The notes below the pieces were generated by a model. That model made no database searches, was not told the DNA's origin, and saw nothing but the letters and a program-made list of their open reading frames with translations. Shown here one piece after another: positions 63,981 to 64,000 of a stretch of DNA of 64,000 nt. Position 1 is the first letter of the stretch. Each line of letters opens with the position of its first letter. The DNA comes from Octopus bimaculoides. Lineage: Eukaryota. The translations under genes were made by a program, and so were the position numbers. The stretch lies in contig NC_068991.1 of the NCBI RefSeq assembly GCF_001194135.2, forward strand, positions 190,473 to 254,472. The letters run 5' to 3'.

Positions 63981-64000
63981 GTATATGTATATATATATAT
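62500..64000. repeat. Large (AT)n/(ATGT)n compound satellite in Caprin intron 1
   Basis: Directly visible; contains the N gap 62918-63255. Confidence 0.95.
63550..63705. repeat. Fold-back inverted duplication of a retroposon tail with a 9-nt loop
   Basis: 63561-63620 is the near reverse complement of 63630-63689. Confidence 0.9.

Overview
AT-rich, microsatellite- and transposon-dense eukaryotic scaffold with N gaps. The repeat families, the C2H2-ZNF remnant and the overall composition point to a cephalopod (Octopus-like) genome; the species assignment is inference. Three spliced + strand genes were reconstructed by hand from GT-AG junctions with consistent phase. (1) An 8-exon gene at 644..20154 encodes about 408 aa: an N-terminal MGCGLS myristoylation/palmitoylation plus polybasic signal, a catalytically degenerate adenylate-kinase (AK1/AK5-like) domain and an unassigned C-terminal domain. 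(2) A complete V-ATPase V1 subunit C gene (ATP6V1C1 orthologue, 385 aa, 12 coding exons, 44097..55395) has a putative non-coding first exon near 36960..37034, with ETS and CLEAR/M-box motifs. (3) The first coding exon of a Caprin gene lies at 62146..62256. The rest is mostly mariner, Tigger, Helitron, RTE, CR1-like, R4/Dong-like and Penelope-like fragments, tRNA-derived SINEs and simple repeats. Most notable observations: the probable membrane-anchored pseudo-adenylate kinase, a minimal type-I hammerhead ribozyme with a core mutation next to a Penelope-like remnant, three long fold-back palindromes, TFEB/MITF-type sites at the V-ATPase gene, and overlapping uORFs on two start codons.
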